Part shown: one piece after another, positions 59,914 through 64,000 of the stretch
How positions within the stretch are numbered: position 1 is the first letter of the stretch
Layout: each line of letters starts with the position of its first letter
Source: Bacilli bacterium
Lineage (GTDB): Bacteria > Bacillota_I > Bacilli_A > RF39 > UBA660
Direction: 5' to 3'
Length of the DNA: 64,000 bases
Assembly: GCA_017428495.1 (NCBI GenBank)
Contig: JAFRQS010000026.1
Location: 8,372-72,371, forward strand
Program-made: the position numbers and the translations under genes
Notes under the pieces: model-generated
What the model saw: only the letters and a program-made list of their open reading frames with translations
Told to the model about the DNA's origin: nothing
Databases searched by the model: none

Positions 59914-60084
59914 ATGGCAAATACTAAATCTGATAGAAAACCTTTATTTGGAAATAATCGTTCACATGCTTTAAATGCAACTAAGAAAAAACAAGGATTA
60001 AATAAACAAAAAGTTACAGTAAATGGTAAAACTTATGTAACTACTACAAGAGAAGCTAAAAAAATAAGAAAAGAATCAAAGTAA
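59914..60084 (+). CDS. ribosomal protein bL28-family protein (Cys-less)
   Basis: GNNRSHALNATKKKQGLNKQKVTVNGK aligns to Bacillus RpmB [41 protein letters not shown] upstream. Confidence 0.55.
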   Translation: MANTKSDRKPLFGNNRSHALNATKKKQGLNKQKVTVNGKTYVTTTREAKKIRKESK

Positions 60085-60370
60085 GAAATATAACAATTGT
60101 TATGTTTTTTTATTTATATAATAAGGTGATTATTATGGAAAATAAAAGGATTATTATGAATAGTAGAGAATTTTCTCTTTTAGTCATAAGTCCACCTCCC
60201 TTCTATCTAGAATGGAAGGGTGCATCTGATTAAGGTATCCATACGCAATATATCAGAATTAAAATACATAATCAAATTACAAAAATCACATTTTAGTTAT
60301 TAATTTTATACAAAAAAGTACAAATATTAGATTATTATTATTCTATTTGTACTTTTATTTTTAATATAAA

Positions 60371-61573
60371 CTATTTTTGTAAATTTATTATATCTTCTAT
60401 GGTTTCCCTTTTTCTTATCAATATATCCTTATCTCCATCTAATAATACCTCTGCTCCTCTTAATCTACCTGTATAATTAGATGACATTGAATATCCATAT
60501 GCACCAGTATTATAAATGACAACGTTATCATTAACTTTAGGCATATTTACTATTCTATCCTTACCCAATATATCAGAGCTTTCACATATAGTTCCACAAA
60601 AGTTTGCAATTATTTTTTCTGTATCCCTTTTGGGAGATAATTCAATTTTATGATATGCATCATACATAGATGGCCTTATTAGATCATTCATACCAATATC
60701 TGTCCCAATATAATAATTATTAAGTTTCTTTATTGAAGTGACTATACCATATATCTTACCACATTCACATACTATATATCTTCCTGGTTCAAACTTTATT
60801 TCTTTCAAATGTAGTTGCTTAATATATTTTTTTAATAAGTCAGTTAATTTTTTACATAATAAATTTAAATCTAATCTATCTTCATCTTTATATGGTACTC
60901 CAAATCCTCCCCCTAGATCTATAATTTCAACATTAGGAAAATAGGAAACAACTACTTTTAAAAAGCTTTCTATACCTTCTAAATAATTATCCATCTTGTC
61001 ATTCAAAAATAAACTTCCTAAATGCTCATGTACTCCTATTATATTTAAGTTATATTTTTTAATTATATTAAATAATTCATTAATCTCCGATATTGCTATA
61101 CCAAATTTAGTAACTTTCCCTGAAGTTATTACTTTATCTGAATGTCCTACTCCAAGTATTCCTGTATTTATTCTTACCATTATATTAGTATTTGGAAAAT
61201 TTTTACCCCAAGTTTCTACTTGTGATATAGAATCTAGACAAATAAGTATATTATTATCATGTACGTTTTTCATTTCTTTTTCTGTAATATTATTACATAC
61301 ATATAATATTTCATCTTTATTAAATCCTACTAATCTAGATAAATACAATTCTAATTCTGACATTGAATCTACTTTTAAACCACAATCTTTTATTATCTTT
61401 AAAAGACTTAAATTTTCATTTGCTTTTATTGAATAATGCATACTTATATCAACATTTAAATTATTTTCTAATCTATTTTTAAATTCTATCATCTCATTAC
61501 ATCTTTTAATTAATATACTTTTATCATATACATATAATGGACTACCATATTTATTTAATAATTTTTTTATCAT
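60371..61573 (-). CDS. PLP-dependent Orn/DAP/Arg decarboxylase family (fold-type III) enzyme
   Basis: YSIKAN PLP-lysine motif, GGG loop, 400 aa. Confidence 0.6.
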   Translation of the reverse strand: MIKKLLNKYGSPLYVYDKSILIKRCNEMIEFKNRLENNLNVDISMHYSIKANENLSLLKIIKDCGLKVDSMSELELYLSRLVGFNKDEILYVCNNITEKEMKNVHDNNILICLDSISQVETWGKNFPNTNIMVRINTGILGVGHSDKVITSGKVTKFGIAISEINELFNIIKKYNLNIIGVHEHLGSLFLNDKMDNYLEGIESFLKVVVSYFPNVEIIDLGGGFGVPYKDEDRLDLNLLCKKLTDLLKKYIKQLHLKEIKFEPGRYIVCECGKIYGIVTSIKKLNNYYIGTDIGMNDLIRPSMYDAYHKIELSPKRDTEKIIANFCGTICESSDILGKDRIVNMPKVNDNVVIYNTGAYGYSMSSNYTGRLRGAEVLLDGDKDILIRKRETIEDIINLQK

Positions 61574-61614
61574 ACTACCACCACTTAAATAGAAAAAAGA
61601 ATCAAAAGATTCTA

Positions 61615-62694
61615 TTAATCTATAAATATTCTTGGCACCCTATATGATATACATGTCATTATTTCATAGTTTATAGTATTACACATATTTGCAATATCAT
61701 CTAATTTTATTAAATCATTATCCCATATATACGCATAATCCCCAACTTTAACATCAATATCTGTTACGTCTACCATAAAACTATCCATACATATATTACC
61801 TACTATATTACATAGTTTGCCATTTATTATTACTCTACCTTTATTAGATAATTCTCTTCTTATACCATCTGCATATCCAATTTGTATCGTAGCTATCTTC
61901 ATTTTTTTATTTGTAATAAATGTCCTTGAATAACTTATTGATTCATTTTCATTTACCTCTTTTATAAACACTATTTTAGCTTTTAACTTACATATTGGTT
62001 CAACATCTATATTTGCATCTTTATAAGGCTTATAACCATATATTATAATACCTGGTCTTACCATATTAGATACTCCATCATCATAATTTAATAATCCTGA
62101 TGAAGCACTTGAATGTATATATTTTAATTTATAATATTTTTGTGTTAATTCTACTGCTTCTTTAAATAAACTCAATTGTTTATTAGTATATTTCACATCC
62201 TTATCAGCACTTGATAAATGCGTATATATTCCCTCTACTTCTATATTAGTACCCTTTAATAATTTCAAAATGTCCTCTAAATTTTCAATTTTGATACCTG
62301 TCCTATTCATACCAGTTTCTATCTCTAAATGCACTTTAATTTTAGATTTATTTTCTATCATCCTATTAAGTATTAATTTATCACAAACACCAATAGTAAT
62401 ATTATATTTAATAATATTATCTATTTCATCAATCGATGGTTCATTAAGCAAAAATATATCTTTCTTATATCCTAAATTTCTTAACTCAATTCCTTCATCT
62501 ACAACTGCTACTCCTACTATATCAAAATTATTCAGTACATCTATATTTTTATTTATATATGTTCCATATCCATTTGCTTTTATAATAGGCATCATTGTTT
62601 TATTACCAATTATTTTTTTTATCTTTTTAATATTATTATTAAACTTACATATGTCAACTTCCATAATTGCTCTCATAATATCACCTAAGTACAT
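61615..62694 (-). CDS. alanine racemase-family protein
   Basis: PIIKANGYGTY (PLP-Lys motif AVVKANAYGHG-like). TIM barrel plus C-terminal beta domain. Confidence 0.65.
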   Translation of the reverse strand: MYLGDIMRAIMEVDICKFNNNIKKIKKIIGNKTMMPIIKANGYGTYINKNIDVLNNFDIVGVAVVDEGIELRNLGYKKDIFLLNEPSIDEIDNIIKYNITIGVCDKLILNRMIENKSKIKVHLEIETGMNRTGIKIENLEDILKLLKGTNIEVEGIYTHLSSADKDVKYTNKQLSLFKEAVELTQKYYKLKYIHSSASSGLLNYDDGVSNMVRPGIIIYGYKPYKDANIDVEPICKLKAKIVFIKEVNENESISYSRTFITNKKMKIATIQIGYADGIRRELSNKGRVIINGKLCNIVGNICMDSFMVDVTDIDVKVGDYAYIWDNDLIKLDDIANMCNTINYEIMTCISYRVPRIFID

Positions 62695-62732
62695 TATACA
62701 CTATTTTATAAAATAAAAGAACATTGATAGTT

Positions 62733-63332
62733 CTAATTGTGATTATATAATTTCTTTTCAGTTTCAATATTCTTTTTATTTGAATCTTCAATGGATTTAT
62801 TTATTTTTTTTAATCTTGCTTCCATTTCACTAAATACGCATCCACAATACTTCTGCATATATAATCCTGTTTGTTTAAACATAGCTTGTCCTTCATAAAA
62901 ATGTGGTCTAAAATCTCTATAAAGAAATGGAATATCATACTTTTTGCTTAAATCTTCACATATGCCTTTTAATAGATCATGTTTTTGATATGGACTTATA
63001 AATAACGTACTACAAAAAGCATCATAATTATGTTCTTTTGCGTATTTTACAACTTCTTCCATTCTACTAGTATAACAATATCCACACCTATTATTTATAT
63101 CATTAACTACGTTTTTAGTAAATTCTACAAGACCATAATTATCATTATAAATCACATCCAAATCTATCATTTTAGAATATTCTTTTAATGCTTCTAACCT
63201 ATTTTTATATTCCTCAAATGGATGAATATTAGTATTATACCAATATCCAACTATATCAATGTTTTCCTCTCTTAAACTTTTAATACAATACGCACTACAT
63301 GGTGCACAACAAATATGTAACAAAACTTTCAT
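62733..63332 (-). CDS. queH: epoxyqueuosine reductase QueH (DUF208)
   Basis: MKVLLHICCAPCS ... CGYCY ... CGCVFSE Cys motifs of QueH. Confidence 0.75.
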   Translation of the reverse strand: MKVLLHICCAPCSAYCIKSLREENIDIVGYWYNTNIHPFEEYKNRLEALKEYSKMIDLDVIYNDNYGLVEFTKNVVNDINNRCGYCYTSRMEEVVKYAKEHNYDAFCSTLFISPYQKHDLLKGICEDLSKKYDIPFLYRDFRPHFYEGQAMFKQTGLYMQKYCGCVFSEMEARLKKINKSIEDSNKKNIETEKKLYNHN

Positions 63333-63391
63333 ATAACCACCATATGTATAATAACACATAAAAAAAATGAAGTGAATACTTCATTTTATTA

Positions 63392-63862
63392 TTAATATAT
63401 CCTATCTGGATAAGTAGTAGAGTTTATATTATATGTTGTAATATTTTTATTTATTGGTACCAAGTATAAATCATATGTAAAAATCTCATCTTTTGAAGAT
63501 AGTGGTGAAGCATAATATATCTTTATATCTATACTATTTTTTCCAATTTTTAATTTATTTACTTTTGAACCTATTCCACCACGAATTACAATTAACTTAT
63601 ATTCTTTAAAAAAATTATCATTAAATTTTTGTTTATATTCTTTATTATTAACTCTATCTAATATTTGATTTAGTTTACCAACTTCTTCAATTATTTCATA
63701 TTTTTTATTTATATTTAATACATTTGAATCATTATAATTTGATTCATATTCAATTACATAATAATTATCATTTTTGTTATTTTTTACATTATTATTTAAT
63801 ATTAGAATAACAGAAACAACTAATATTAAACACAATACTATTATTTCAATATACCTTTTCAT
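63392..63862 (-). CDS. membrane-anchored hypothetical protein
   Basis: N-terminal TM helix. 156 aa. Confidence 0.35.
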   Translation of the reverse strand: MKRYIEIIVLCLILVVSVILILNNNVKNNKNDNYYVIEYESNYNDSNVLNINKKYEIIEEVGKLNQILDRVNNKEYKQKFNDNFFKEYKLIVIRGGIGSKVNKLKIGKNSIDIKIYYASPLSSKDEIFTYDLYLVPINKNITTYNINSTTYPDRIY

Positions 63863-64000
63863 AACTTCTAAAATAAACTTAATTGACTAGTTTCTGGCAT
63901 ATCATCAAGTATACCCATAAATCTCATTTTATCAATTAATGTTTGTGATACCTTTCCTCTATTTTGAACATCTTCTATACTAAAAAATTCTTGTTTATTT

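Noticed and set aside
62270-62716. 148-aa plus-strand ORF inside the alr-like gene
   Set aside because: Antisense to a gene with a clear alanine-racemase PLP motif. Hydrophobic low-complexity translation.
1-64000. CRISPR array or cas operon
   Set aside because: No regularly spaced direct repeats with unique spacers were seen. The only Cas4-like protein (18523-20391) is a stand-alone gene in a housekeeping context.

Overview
Very AT-rich Firmicutes (Clostridia-like) chromosomal window. Nearly all genes are on the minus strand.

Housekeeping backbone (right to left): queH, alr-like, PLP decarboxylase, bL28-like, dnaE, M23/LysM peptidase, ATP-grasp, GT4, transglutaminase-like, trmB, YtxH/DUF948, T-box plus dUTPase-like plus tyrS, rpsD, ezrA, PGM/PMM, a DUF402 gene and a DUF421 gene. 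Then a minimal type VIIb secretion locus (EssC, EsaB/YukD, two WXG100 proteins), rplU-prp-rpmA, a CYTH-like gene, obg, a LuxR/GerE-type regulator, a GerM-like lipoprotein, tRNA-Arg(TCT), a Ca-type P-ATPase, tRNA-Ser(GCT), a signal-less esterase-glucosaminidase, polA, a Cas4-like/DUF2779 nuclease, rpoZ, recX, a YitT-family gene and ppdK.

The accessory part is 1015..12996, a mobile island inserted into the 3' end of ppdK. The sequence carries five homologous copies of a unit made of a conserved-stem terminator hairpin plus the ppdK 3'-terminal coding mimic (ttRattgcagcttgt). Four of these are followed by element-specific sequence ending in ACTAAAATGACT just before a gene stop.

This reads as tandem accretion at ppdK: three integrase-less single-gene cassettes (a QueC-like PP-loop ATPase, a hypothetical protein, a CDA-fold deaminase) plus a roughly 9.5 kb element. 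That element carries a large serine recombinase, a membrane protein, a PHP-phosphoesterase/ABC-SMC-type ATPase fusion with a translationally coupled small partner (candidate new anti-phage module), a helicase-HA-domain pseudogene remnant and three XRE-type regulators. Each older att arm still encodes an alternative ppdK C-terminus (QAAINNK, QAAIKARNN, QAAIKSGANK).
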